DNA of 38,773 nt from a virus. Lineage: Duplodnaviria; Caudoviricetes. Shown here piece after piece: positions 16,654 to 25,133 of this stretch (within the stretch, counting starts at the first letter, position 1; every line of letters begins with the position of its first letter). The stretch is from positions 1 through 38,773 of IMG/VR virus record IMGVR_UViG_3300035492_000136. One strand, given 5' to 3'. Position numbers and translations under genes: made by a program. The notes beneath the pieces are model-generated. The model did not search any database, was not told the DNA's origin, and worked only from the letters and a program-made list of their open reading frames with translations.

Positions 16654-16722
16654 ATTAAACACTGCGTTTAAACAAAAGTCAAACGCCGCGTTTAACAACA
16701 CTTTGTTTAGTAAACAGAGAAT
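16654..16722. promoter_or_regulatory. OR region: three operators, PR and PRM
   Basis: TAAAC-N5-GTTTA-type sites at 16656, 16680, 16695; PR TTGACT-N17-TTTAAT (minus, 16682-16654); weak PRM -10 GAGAAT at 16717. Confidence 0.8.
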
Positions 16723-16728
16723 CCATTG

Positions 16729-17403
16729 ATGCACCAAGCCGCTCAACGCCTATACCAAGCAGCCCAGGCTCTACGGGACATTTCCGGGCAGTCGGCGGTC
16801 GCTCGCGCCCTCAACGAATCACCTCAGACCGTCAAGAACTGGGAAACGCGGGGTGTATCCAAAGCGGGCGCACTGAAGGCGGAGGAATTACTGGGCATCC
16901 GCGCCGCATGGGTGCTTAAAGGCGAAGGGGAAATGAGTGCAATGGCAGGCGCAGCCTTTCACCCAAACGCCAAGCCCATCCCACTTGGCATGCGCCCATA
17001 CCCTGTGATCTCGCACGTCCAGGCCGGCGCGCTGAAAGAGATTGCCGTTCCCTACGGGCCCGGTGATGGCTTCGATGTGGAGTACGGCGACGACGACGCA
17101 TCGCAGTGGTCGTTCTTTCTGGAAATCGAGGGCGACTCCATGCTCCCCGACTTCCGGCCTGGTGACCGCGTGCTGATCGACCCTGATGTGTCACCCAACC
17201 CGGGTGACTTTGTGGCGGCCCGCAACACCAAAGAAGAAGCCACCTTCAAGAAGTACCGCGTGCGCGGTATTGATGAATCAGGGCACGAAGTTTTCGAGCT
17301 TGTCCCCTTGAATGACAACTACCCCGTGCTGCGCAGCGATGAGCGCCACCTGGTGGTGATCGGCACGATGATCGAGCACCGTAGGAAGTTTCGCCGGAAG
17401 TAA
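16729..17403 (+). CDS. cI: CI-like repressor, HTH plus S24 peptidase
   Basis: HTH with NWETRG, VQAG cleavage site, GDSM catalytic Ser, TFKK catalytic Lys. Confidence 0.95.
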   Translation: MHQAAQRLYQAAQALRDISGQSAVARALNESPQTVKNWETRGVSKAGALKAEELLGIRAAWVLKGEGEMSAMAGAAFHPNAKPIPLGMRPYPVISHVQAGALKEIAVPYGPGDGFDVEYGDDDASQWSFFLEIEGDSMLPDFRPGDRVLIDPDVSPNPGDFVAARNTKEEATFKKYRVRGIDESGHEVFELVPLNDNYPVLRSDERHLVVIGTMIEHRRKFRRK

Positions 17404-17448
17404 GACCACAACTAAGCCAGCGCCAGTTATCAAACTCACTCTAGCTAC

Positions 17449-17473
17449 AGCCCGCCCCGAGCGGGCTTTTTTT
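17449..17473 (+). terminator. Intrinsic terminator after cI
   Basis: AGCCCGC-CCCGA-GCGGGCT+T-tract. Confidence 0.85.
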
Positions 17474-17524
17474 CGTCTGTGTGGTGTGTGGTCATGGGGG
17501 GATTGTGAGCTTGCGCAAAAAAAT

Positions 17525-17578
17525 TACACAACACGTTTAAACAAAGTGTTTGACACGCGTTTAAACGTGGTGTTTAAT
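17525..17578 (+). promoter_or_regulatory. OL operators and PL promoter
   Basis: Operator copies at 17525, 17538, 17562; TTGACA-N17-TTTAAT (17550-17578). Confidence 0.85.
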
Positions 17579-17584
17579 TCACCC

Positions 17585-18305
17585 ATCGCAGCACCAAACC
17601 GCGAAACACCCAAGGCCCAGCGATACGGGGCCGAAGCCGACAGGAAGCAAAGGCGGGGTTAGCTCCAACGGGAGCGATGCAACACCGGTGCTGCGTGAGC
17701 GAAGGAGCGATCCGAGCTAACCGCTTTGACTCTGGGCCTATCGAGGCATGCCAAGACCAGACGAGTGCGAAGGCCAAGGTGGGCACTGCAGCCCCTTGCG
17801 ATGACCGGCAACGATCGCAATGAGGTCTTCTGTTGGACCAAGAGAAGAAAGCAACAGCACAACGCCAACCCCGAGCGGTCAATCGGGGGCCATCCGGCGA
17901 TCCCTCCGCACGACATGCGGGTCTCACGCTCCAGGCCTTCCCTCTCTTGGGTCTGGAGCGGTGCTGAGGGATCGCCAGATGGTGAACGCGCAGTTGCGAT
18001 GCGCGAGTGTCTAGGAGACTGGAAGCGGCCAAAGCGGGACACCGCCCATGGCGAAGAAGGTGCCGGCCTTCAATCAAAAACCGGGAAATAGGCAACCCCC
18101 AGCCAAACGACATGCGTATCAACCTTGGCGGGCGCATGCGGGGATCGGATCCACAACACGCGGAAGCAAGCCGGACAAGCAACCGGCCACCATCGTCCAT
18201 TTACAGCCGGGCCTGGGGGTCTCCTCCCTCCCTCTCTTCTCTTCCCCAGGCGTGCCGCAAGGCACCGGCTCTTTCTTCCCCTGCCCGCCTCCCGCGGGCT
18301 TTTCT
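17585..18305 (+). ncRNA. Candidate long structured RNA leader of the PL transcript
   Basis: No RBS-supported ORF; many helices, e.g. 17648-17665/17714-17728, 17896-17906/17966-17976, 17978-17984/18188-18194, 18211-18218/18244-18251. Confidence 0.55.
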
Positions 18306-18320
18306 GTTTCTGGAGGTCGT

Positions 18321-18713
18321 ATGAACGCACGTCAACCGGTGGGCTACTTCGGCCCCACCAGCGACCCCAGCGCCGATGCCGCGCGCTGGGAGGATGAACA
18401 AGAAGCCGCGCAGGCCATGCGGGAGGTTGCCGAGCGGCAGGCCCCGCTGATCGTGCTGCAGCGCCTGCAGGCCATGACGCAGCCCGCCGACTGGTCCAAG
18501 GACTGCATCTGCACCGGCAAATGGTGGGCGCCCTTCGAGATCCTGGATGCAGCGATGGAGAACGGTGACGACGCCACGCTCTCCGCGGTTGCCGAGCTGC
18601 TGACCAGCCCGCACGCGGCCAAGCTGCACCAGGTCCTGGCCACATGGTTCGGCCAGAAGCACGCCCTGGACATTTATCACGAAGAGGTGGTTCAAGCCCA
18701 TGCACATGTTTGA
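18321..18713 (+). CDS. Hypothetical protein, first early-left gene
   Basis: GGAGG RBS at 18312 before ATG 18321. Confidence 0.75.
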   Translation: MNARQPVGYFGPTSDPSADAARWEDEQEAAQAMREVAERQAPLIVLQRLQAMTQPADWSKDCICTGKWWAPFEILDAAMENGDDATLSAVAELLTSPHAAKLHQVLATWFGQKHALDIYHEEVVQAHAHV

Positions 18714-18852
18714 CATCCCCCCGGGCCCGGCTGAGGCCGACTTTGGCTACAAGCCCCCTCCCCAGTACCCGCCGCCAGCGCCCCCTGAAACGGTGCGCGA
18801 GCTGCTGGCCCAGCACCCCGAAGCGCTCGAAGGCAGCGCCGACGCAATTTGA
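18700..18852 (+). CDS. Pro-rich small hypothetical protein (not in ORF track)
   Basis: MHMFDIPPGPAEADFGYKPPPQYPPPAPPETVRELL..., GAGG RBS, fills operon gap. Confidence 0.55.
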   Translation: MHMFDIPPGPAEADFGYKPPPQYPPPAPPETVRELLAQHPEALEGSADAI

Positions 18853-18865
18853 AGGAGACGACAGC

Positions 18866-19000
18866 ATGCGATTTCTGATCAAGGTGGCCGGCACCCAGTA
18901 CCACGGCATCTTCCCCAGCAACGATGCGGCGCACGCCGATGCACTGGAGCGCTTCCCCAAGGCGATGGCCGTGGTGGTGCTGCGCAAGGAGCATGCATGA
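18866..19000 (+). CDS. Small hypothetical protein
   Basis: AAGGAG RBS, MRFLIKVAGTQYHGIF. Confidence 0.6.
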   Translation: MRFLIKVAGTQYHGIFPSNDAAHADALERFPKAMAVVVLRKEHA

Positions 19001-19134
19001 CCCCACCCATCCCGCTCCAGCGCCTGCCGCGCAAACGCCCCATGAAGCCCGCCACTGTGCGGGCTTTCTTCTGGTGGGTAGCCACCGTGTGCATCAGCAC
19101 TGCCTGTGCTGGCGTTATCTCCAGCTGCACATGA
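18997..19134 (+). CDS. Small membrane peptide (not in ORF track)
   Basis: AAGGAG RBS, ATGA overlaps both sides, hydrophobic AFFWWVATVCISTACAGVI. Confidence 0.55.
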   Translation: MTPPIPLQRLPRKRPMKPATVRAFFWWVATVCISTACAGVISSCT

Positions 19135-19331
19135 GCTGCCCCACCGGCAAGCAGCCTCTGGACTACGAGCGCGCCCAGAAGCTGGCCCGCAAATCCAGCG
19201 CCTCCCACAGCCACCCCATGACTGCCTACAAGTGCACCGCCTGCGGCTGGTGGCACCTGGGGCAGCCAGCCAAAAAGCCCAAGCGGCTTCCCGTCGTTCG
19301 CAAAAACAACCACCAAGTGAGGTTTGCATGA
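19131..19331 (+). CDS. Small Zn-finger protein
   Basis: C.TGK and AYKC..CG.WHL motif. Confidence 0.7.
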   Translation: MSCPTGKQPLDYERAQKLARKSSASHSHPMTAYKCTACGWWHLGQPAKKPKRLPVVRKNNHQVRFA

Positions 19332-20284
19332 ATGCAGTCACCACCCAACAGGCCAGCACGGCCTTGCGCCCAGCCAGCCAGTTCGATCTGAGCCCTCAGA
19401 ACTTCGAGCAGGCGCTGACCTTCTCTGGCTATTTGGCCGAAAGCGATCTGGTCCCCAAGGACTTCAAAGGCAAGCCCGGAAACTGCCTGATCGCCATGCA
19501 GTGGGGGGCCGAACTTGGCCTGAAACCTCTGCAGTCACTGCAGAACCTGGCTGTGATCAATGGCCGCCCGGCGCTCTGGGGTGATGCAGTGATCGCCCTG
19601 GTGCTGGCCAGCCCTGTCTGTGAGTACGTGGTCGAAGAGGACGACGGCAAAACTGCCATTTGCCGCGTGAAGCGCAAAAACGCGCCCGAGCAGGTTCGCA
19701 CCTTCAGCATGGACGACGCCGTGAAGGCCGGTCTGGCCGGCAAAGCTGGTCCGTGGACGCAGTACCCCAAGCGCATGCGCCAAATGCGCGCCCGCGCCTT
19801 TGCGCTGCGTGACGTGTTCCCGGATGTGCTGCGCGGCATGCCTATCGCAGAAGAGCTGCAGGACATAGCGCCCAGCGACCAATCCGCACCCGTCGAAAAG
19901 AGCATGGGTCCTGCGGAAATCGTGCAGCCCGAATGGCCGGCTGACAAGTGGGCCGCACGTCTGCCATCGATTCTTGACGGCATCGCCAACGGCAAGAGCA
20001 TTGAGGACGCGCTGGCGTGGCTGGGCAGCAAGGGCAAGGTCACGCCGGCCCAGGAAAAGCAACTGCGCGATGAAGTTGCCAAGCTGCAAAAGCCAGTCCA
20101 CGACGCCTCCCCCGATGCACCCAACGTGGACCCTGCAAAGCTGACGGCGGATATGAAGGCATGCACCGACCTGGACAAGCTCTACGAGCTGGCCGGCCTG
20201 ATCGAAGCCATCACCGACGAGGCCACAGCGCTGCGCCTGAATGAAATCTTTACCGCGAAACAAGTTGAACTGGAGCAAGCATGA
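19328..20284 (+). CDS. recT: RecT/Beta-type single-strand annealing recombinase
   Basis: LVPKDF.GKPGNC.IA.Q.G.ELGL.P.Q.LQ...VING.P and W..YPKRM...RA...A.RD.FPD.L.G. Confidence 0.88.
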   Translation: MNAVTTQQASTALRPASQFDLSPQNFEQALTFSGYLAESDLVPKDFKGKPGNCLIAMQWGAELGLKPLQSLQNLAVINGRPALWGDAVIALVLASPVCEYVVEEDDGKTAICRVKRKNAPEQVRTFSMDDAVKAGLAGKAGPWTQYPKRMRQMRARAFALRDVFPDVLRGMPIAEELQDIAPSDQSAPVEKSMGPAEIVQPEWPADKWAARLPSILDGIANGKSIEDALAWLGSKGKVTPAQEKQLRDEVAKLQKPVHDASPDAPNVDPAKLTADMKACTDLDKLYELAGLIEAITDEATALRLNEIFTAKQVELEQA

Positions 20285-22080
20285 AAACCATCCACAACCT
20301 GATCCAGGGCAGCGCCGCTTGGCACCAACACCGAGCGACAGCGCGCAACGCCAGCGATGCCAGTGCCATGATGGCCTGCAGCCCCTACAAGTCGCGCACC
20401 GCGCTGTTGAAGGAGCGTGCCACTGGCATCACCCCCGAGGTGGACGCCGCCACGCAGGCGCGCTTTGATCGCGGCCACGCCATCGAGGAGGCTGCCCGCC
20501 CGCTGGCCGAAGCCTTCATTGGCGACGACCTCTCGCCGGTCATTGGCACCACGGACGACGGCTACCTGTCCGCCAGCTTTGACGGCTTGACCTTCTGCGG
20601 CACGATTGCCTGGGAGTGCAAGAGCTGGAACGAGAGCAAAGCCCAGGTCGTGCGCGACGGTCATGTGCCGCAGGCCGACTATTGGCAGTGCGTGCAGCAG
20701 CTGGCGGTATCCAACGCGCAAAAGCTGATCTACACGGTCACGGACGGCACGCCGGAGCGCACTGTGCACGCCACCTTGCTGCAAAGCGACGTAGTGGATG
20801 ACCGCGCCGCCCTGCTGGCCGGCTGGGAGCAGTTCGACAAAGACCTGGCTGCCTACGACCCTACCACCGAACGCCCTGCCCCAGCCGTGGCCGCGCCCAT
20901 CGAAAGCCTGCCTGCAGTGGTGGTACAGGTGCAAGGTGCGCTCACGGTGACGGGTAACCTGGACGCCTTTGGTGATGCCCTCCGTCAGTTTATTGGTCGC
21001 ATGCCAACCAAGCCCGCAACCGACCAAGATTTTGCGGACTTGGAAGCGGGAAGCAAGGCGCTGAAAAAGGTTGAAGACGCCTTGGATGCAGCCGAGGATG
21101 GTGCCCTGGCTCAAATCAGCCCTGTTGAGCAGATGCGCCGCATCAAAGCCGACCTGAAGAACCTGGCACGCACCACGCGCCTTGTTTGGGACAAGTTGGT
21201 ATCAGCAGAAAAGGATCGTCTGCGAACGGCGCTTGTGACTGGTGCACAGACCCAGCTGGATCAGCACATTCAAGCCCTGAACCAGCGCCTGGGTGCCAAC
21301 TGGCTGCCCCGCGTGGCTGGTGGCTTCGGCGAGGTTATCAAGGGCAAGAAGTCGCTGGCCAACATGGAAGACGCTGTGGCTGTTGCTTTGACCAACGCCA
21401 AGCACGAAGCCAACCAGCTGGCCGACCGGCTGGAGGCCAACCGCCAGCACCTGGTGCAAGACGATGGCGACTGGATTGCCCTGTTTGCCGACTTCGCCAC
21501 CGTGGGCACCAAGGCGGCGGAAGACTTCCAGGCCCTGGCCTCCCTGCGCATCGGCAACCACAAGCAGGCCGAGGCCGCGCGTCTGGAAGCCCAGCGAGAG
21601 AAGATCCGCGCCGAGGAAGCCGCGCGCCTGGAGCGCGAGGCGGTGGCCAAAGCCCAGCAGGACGCGGAACAGGAGCGCCTGCGCATCCAGCAACAGGCCC
21701 AGCGGGAGCAGGCGGAGATTGCCAAGGCACAGCAGGCCGGTACGCTGGCAGCACCTGTGGCGCAGGACCTGGCCGGCCTGGTGCAGGACAAGGCCGTCGA
21801 GGACGTGGCCGGCATCGATGCGCAGCAGGCCATCGCCGCGGCGCAGACCAGTGCTGCTGCCGACGACGGCCAGACCATGACACTGGGCCAGTTGAACGCC
21901 CGCATGGAAAGCATGGGCCTGGGCAAGATCAGCGCAGCCACGCTGGAACACCACGGGATCCCGTTCACCAAAGAGCGCGCCGCGGTGCAGATCACCAGCG
22001 GCAACGCCCGCCGCCTGATGCTGCTGCTGTCCATGGGCTACCGCAAGCTGGCCGACGAACTCCAGGCAGTCGCCGCCTAA
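20281..22080 (+). CDS. YqaJ-type exonuclease with long coiled-coil C-terminus
   Basis: QGS.AW...R, ASDASA, RGH..E..AR, SASFDG, WECK, Q..QQL. Confidence 0.88.
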   Translation: MKTIHNLIQGSAAWHQHRATARNASDASAMMACSPYKSRTALLKERATGITPEVDAATQARFDRGHAIEEAARPLAEAFIGDDLSPVIGTTDDGYLSASFDGLTFCGTIAWECKSWNESKAQVVRDGHVPQADYWQCVQQLAVSNAQKLIYTVTDGTPERTVHATLLQSDVVDDRAALLAGWEQFDKDLAAYDPTTERPAPAVAAPIESLPAVVVQVQGALTVTGNLDAFGDALRQFIGRMPTKPATDQDFADLEAGSKALKKVEDALDAAEDGALAQISPVEQMRRIKADLKNLARTTRLVWDKLVSAEKDRLRTALVTGAQTQLDQHIQALNQRLGANWLPRVAGGFGEVIKGKKSLANMEDAVAVALTNAKHEANQLADRLEANRQHLVQDDGDWIALFADFATVGTKAAEDFQALASLRIGNHKQAEAARLEAQREKIRAEEAARLEREAVAKAQQDAEQERLRIQQQAQREQAEIAKAQQAGTLAAPVAQDLAGLVQDKAVEDVAGIDAQQAIAAAQTSAAADDGQTMTLGQLNARMESMGLGKISAATLEHHGIPFTKERAAVQITSGNARRLMLLLSMGYRKLADELQAVAA

Positions 22081-22141
22081 AAACAATAGCAACCAGCGCA
22101 CACACAGTGGGCGCTTTCCCTTTTTTCAACAGGAGAAAACC

Positions 22142-22414
22142 GTGAACAAAACCGAACTGATCGAGCACGTCGCCAACAACGCCGACCTGTCCAAGGCTGC
22201 GGCAGCGCGCGCCTTGGAGGCCACGCTCTCCGCTGTGCGCCAAACGCTGAAGAAGGGTGGCAAGGTCCAGCTGACGGGCTTCGGCACCTTTGAGGTGAGC
22301 AAGCGCGCGGCGCGTACCGGCCGCAACCCGCGCACCGGCGATCCAGTCAAGATCGCTGCAGCGCGTGTGCCCAAGTTCTCCCCGGGCAAGGCCCTCAAGG
22401 ATGCGCTGAACTGA
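22142..22414 (+). CDS. hup: HU-family DNA-binding protein
   Basis: MNKTELI...[19 protein letters not shown]...[13 protein letters not shown]. Confidence 0.95.
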   Translation: MNKTELIEHVANNADLSKAAAARALEATLSAVRQTLKKGGKVQLTGFGTFEVSKRAARTGRNPRTGDPVKIAAARVPKFSPGKALKDALN

Positions 22415-22439
22415 TAGCAAAAACCGTAGCAACGACTGT

Positions 22440-22467
22440 AAGCCTGCTCTAACCAGCAGGCTTTTTT
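22440..22467 (+). terminator. Intrinsic terminator
   Basis: AAGCCTGCT...AGCAGGCTT+T-tract. Confidence 0.8.
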
Positions 22468-22489
22468 AATTCCTAAAGGAAACCGCCGA

Positions 22490-23359
22490 ATGTTCCAACT
22501 CGTAGAGCCCACCCAGGTCACGATCACCAATGCCAACCCCCGCCGGGAACTGCACGGCGAAGAGAAAGTGCGCGCCATTGATCTGGCCTTCATCCTCAAG
22601 GGCGACAACAAGCTGCTCGACCTGATCCAGGCCGGCTTGCGTGAGCACCACTTCTGCAATCATGCGGCTGACGCACACCAAGAATCACTGCTCCCCGACG
22701 AGCTGATTCCTCTGCCCAACCTGCGCCAGCCCAACCTCCCCACCACGTACCACTACCAGAAGGGTGTGAAGCTGCGGGGCTACCGCTTTGTGTGGGACTT
22801 CGGCACACAGGACGACTACGTGGACTTCCAGGATGCCGTGCTGGCCAACCTGCAGTACGAAATCTTCGAAGGCGGCAGCGTGGAGGTCAAAGGCACCATC
22901 CAGTACAACGGCGAGGAACTGCAGGACAACATCCTCTACGGTGAGCTGTCGGGCCTGGCCTCGGAAGAACCCATCTACATCAAGCTGCTGGCACCTGCCA
23001 CGGCCCAGGTGGCCAAGAAGGGATACCGCGCAGGCAAGCCGGACACACAGCCTGCTCCTGGCAAGGATCCCAACCAGCGTGAACTGGACGAGGACGGCCA
23101 ATCCCCAGAAGACGCTTTCGCTGCTGCAGCCATGGGCCAGGTCTGGTCACGCGGCTGTGATGAAGAGAAGTTCGACAGCATCGATGACCTGCTGGAAGCG
23201 ACGTGCGCCGAAACCCCGCTGCAGGTTGGCGAGGAGCTGGACCTCGAAACCGAATCGGGTTTGCTGCTGATCATCAAGATCACGGCGCTTGACGAGGGAA
23301 CCGACAAGGCCAGCTTTGAAATCGTGTCGCAGCTCCCCATGGAGCAAGAAGCGACCTGA
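22490..23359 (+). CDS. Acidic phage hypothetical protein
   Basis: AAGGA RBS, 289 aa, coding-like codon usage. Confidence 0.8.
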   Translation: MFQLVEPTQVTITNANPRRELHGEEKVRAIDLAFILKGDNKLLDLIQAGLREHHFCNHAADAHQESLLPDELIPLPNLRQPNLPTTYHYQKGVKLRGYRFVWDFGTQDDYVDFQDAVLANLQYEIFEGGSVEVKGTIQYNGEELQDNILYGELSGLASEEPIYIKLLAPATAQVAKKGYRAGKPDTQPAPGKDPNQRELDEDGQSPEDAFAAAAMGQVWSRGCDEEKFDSIDDLLEATCAETPLQVGEELDLETESGLLLIIKITALDEGTDKASFEIVSQLPMEQEAT

Positions 23360-23468
23360 TCGGTTCACGCATCACCACCAAGCCCGCCACGTGCGGGCTT
23401 CTCTTTTGAGAGCAATCAGCACATAGCCCTATGGGCTCTGTCCTGATTTTTCTGATGGAGGTACACCC

Positions 23469-23834
23469 ATGCTTGCCAAAGCAAACGACCCTTTCAACAC
23501 CACCAAGCCGCGGGCCAAGAGCGTTCAGCGCTCCACCATCCACGTCGAAGACCTGGAGGTGGCCGACGATCCACCGCCACAAAAGCGCAGCATGGGTCCT
23601 GGCCGCTACGACGAGCTGTTTGAGTCCATGAAGCCGGGCCAGTGCATCAAGTGCGAGCCGGAGCACACCGGTGCGATCGGCAACGCCCTGCGCAACTGGA
23701 TCAAGCGCAAGCGCAAGAAGAACCTGGCCGTACAGGCAGCCAGCCACTACCCGGCGTGCAAGGATAAATTGGGCCGCGTCTGGCTTGTGGCCGCGCCAGA
23801 GCCTGCCAACGCCAAGCAGCCAATCAAGCGCTGA
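23469..23834 (+). CDS. Hypothetical protein (possible DNA-binding)
   Basis: GGAGG RBS; RY..LF..MKPGQC motif. Confidence 0.7.
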   Translation: MLAKANDPFNTTKPRAKSVQRSTIHVEDLEVADDPPPQKRSMGPGRYDELFESMKPGQCIKCEPEHTGAIGNALRNWIKRKRKKNLAVQAASHYPACKDKLGRVWLVAAPEPANAKQPIKR

Positions 23835-24084
23835 GCGGAACGCGCGTGCCGTCCTTGGCGATCATGGCGTCCCCCTCGGTCGACAGCACCAGCGGCACGC
23901 CCAGGAACTCCTGTTCCCAGTCGGGGTACTTCTTGAAGTTCATGGTGTCGTTGACCAGCTTGCGCGCAGCCACCAGCGCTTCCAGCGTGACCTGGGTCAG
24001 CTCAAACCGCTGGGGGTATGCGTTGTCGTTCGCCTTCCAGTGCTCACGCAGGGCACTGACCATGGAGTCGTAGATGTTGGCCAT
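23824..24084 (-). CDS. Antisense-oriented hypothetical protein
   Basis: Protein-like 86 aa filling an operon gap; TAGACT 6 nt upstream of ATG. Confidence 0.7.
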   Translation of the reverse strand: MANIYDSMVSALREHWKANDNAYPQRFELTQVTLEALVAARKLVNDTMNFKKYPDWEQEFLGVPLVLSTEGDAMIAKDGTRVPLSA

Positions 24085-24185
24085 GCGCGAAGTCTACGCG
24101 CCACGCCCACTCCCTGAGGCCTTCCCACCCACAACCTAAGACACTGCCCGCCACCGTGCGGGCTTTTGCTTTTCTGGAGCCCTAC

Positions 24186-24359
24186 ATGAGCACCACCCCA
24201 CTGCAAGAGCGCAGAGCCAAAGAAGCCCTGCAGGCCGCCAGGCGCGCCACTGAACGCGACAAGGCCAATCGGCAAGAGCCACAAAAGCGCTGCGCCAGCT
24301 GCGGCGCACCCGTCCACCAAGAGCCCGCCGAGGGCGAAGGCCTGCCCTGCGGGCACTGA
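24186..24359 (+). CDS. Small Cys/His hypothetical protein
   Basis: GGAG RBS; CASCGA...LPCGH. Confidence 0.65.
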   Translation: MSTTPLQERRAKEALQAARRATERDKANRQEPQKRCASCGAPVHQEPAEGEGLPCGH

Positions 24360-24372
24360 TCAAGGAGCACCC

Positions 24373-25116
24373 ATGAAAGAAACAGGACTGATGTTCAAGG
24401 CGCCCCTGGTACGCGCCATCTTGGAAGGCCGTAAGACACAGACGCGGCGTGTCGCCAAGCCCGTGAAGCACCCGGACTTAGGCAATCTGTACACGCCCGG
24501 CGCTCTGGTAATGGAGCGTGAGCCGCAGCACGTCATCGATCGTGCATGCCCGCTTGGCCGGCCCGGCGACCGCATCTATGTGCGCGAGACCTGGGCGGAC
24601 CTGATTGCCGTCTCTCCATCAACCGATGAACCCATGGCAATTGGCCCTGGCGAGCGCTTGATTGAAGCGCCAACCAGCTGGACCGATGACAAGGGGCGCA
24701 CACGCTGGCATTTCGATGGCCAGGTGATTGCATACCGCGCAAACAGCAACGTGGAGTTCTGCGACGGTGACGGATTCACGGGCGAATTCGCAGACAAGAG
24801 CGACATGCCGCGCTGGCGCCCCAGCATCCACATGCCCAAGGAATTCGCCCGCATCTGGCTGGAAATCACCAGCGTGCGCGTGGAGCGCCTGCAGCAGATC
24901 ACTGACACCGATTGCTGGGCAGAGGGGGCAATTACCGAAGCTAGGCCTGACCAGTTCAGCGTGCATAGCGTCATCGCAACCGATGGCAAGGCCTATCTAT
25001 CGCCGCGCGGGGCATTTAGCTCACTTTGGGAATCCACCGGCGGCGACTGGGCCGCCGACCCCTGGGTCTGGGTCATCGACTTCAAAACCATCAGCACCAA
25101 CGGCCGCCCGGCCTGA
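24373..25116 (+). CDS. ASCH/PUA-like phage protein
   Basis: VRAILEGRKTQTRR, GDRIYVRETW, WRPSIHMP, RI.LEIT.VRVERLQ.I, PWVWVI.F. Confidence 0.8.
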   Translation: MKETGLMFKAPLVRAILEGRKTQTRRVAKPVKHPDLGNLYTPGALVMEREPQHVIDRACPLGRPGDRIYVRETWADLIAVSPSTDEPMAIGPGERLIEAPTSWTDDKGRTRWHFDGQVIAYRANSNVEFCDGDGFTGEFADKSDMPRWRPSIHMPKEFARIWLEITSVRVERLQQITDTDCWAEGAITEARPDQFSVHSVIATDGKAYLSPRGAFSSLWESTGGDWAADPWVWVIDFKTISTNGRPA

Positions 25117-25133
25117 CCACGGAGAAAACCACC

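Noticed and set aside
17574-18397. Overlapping ORFs of 64-208 aa on both strands, and the 18048 upstream extension
   Set aside because: No RBS, Arg/Pro/Ser-rich shadow composition, no recognisable motifs; the RBS-supported start is 18321
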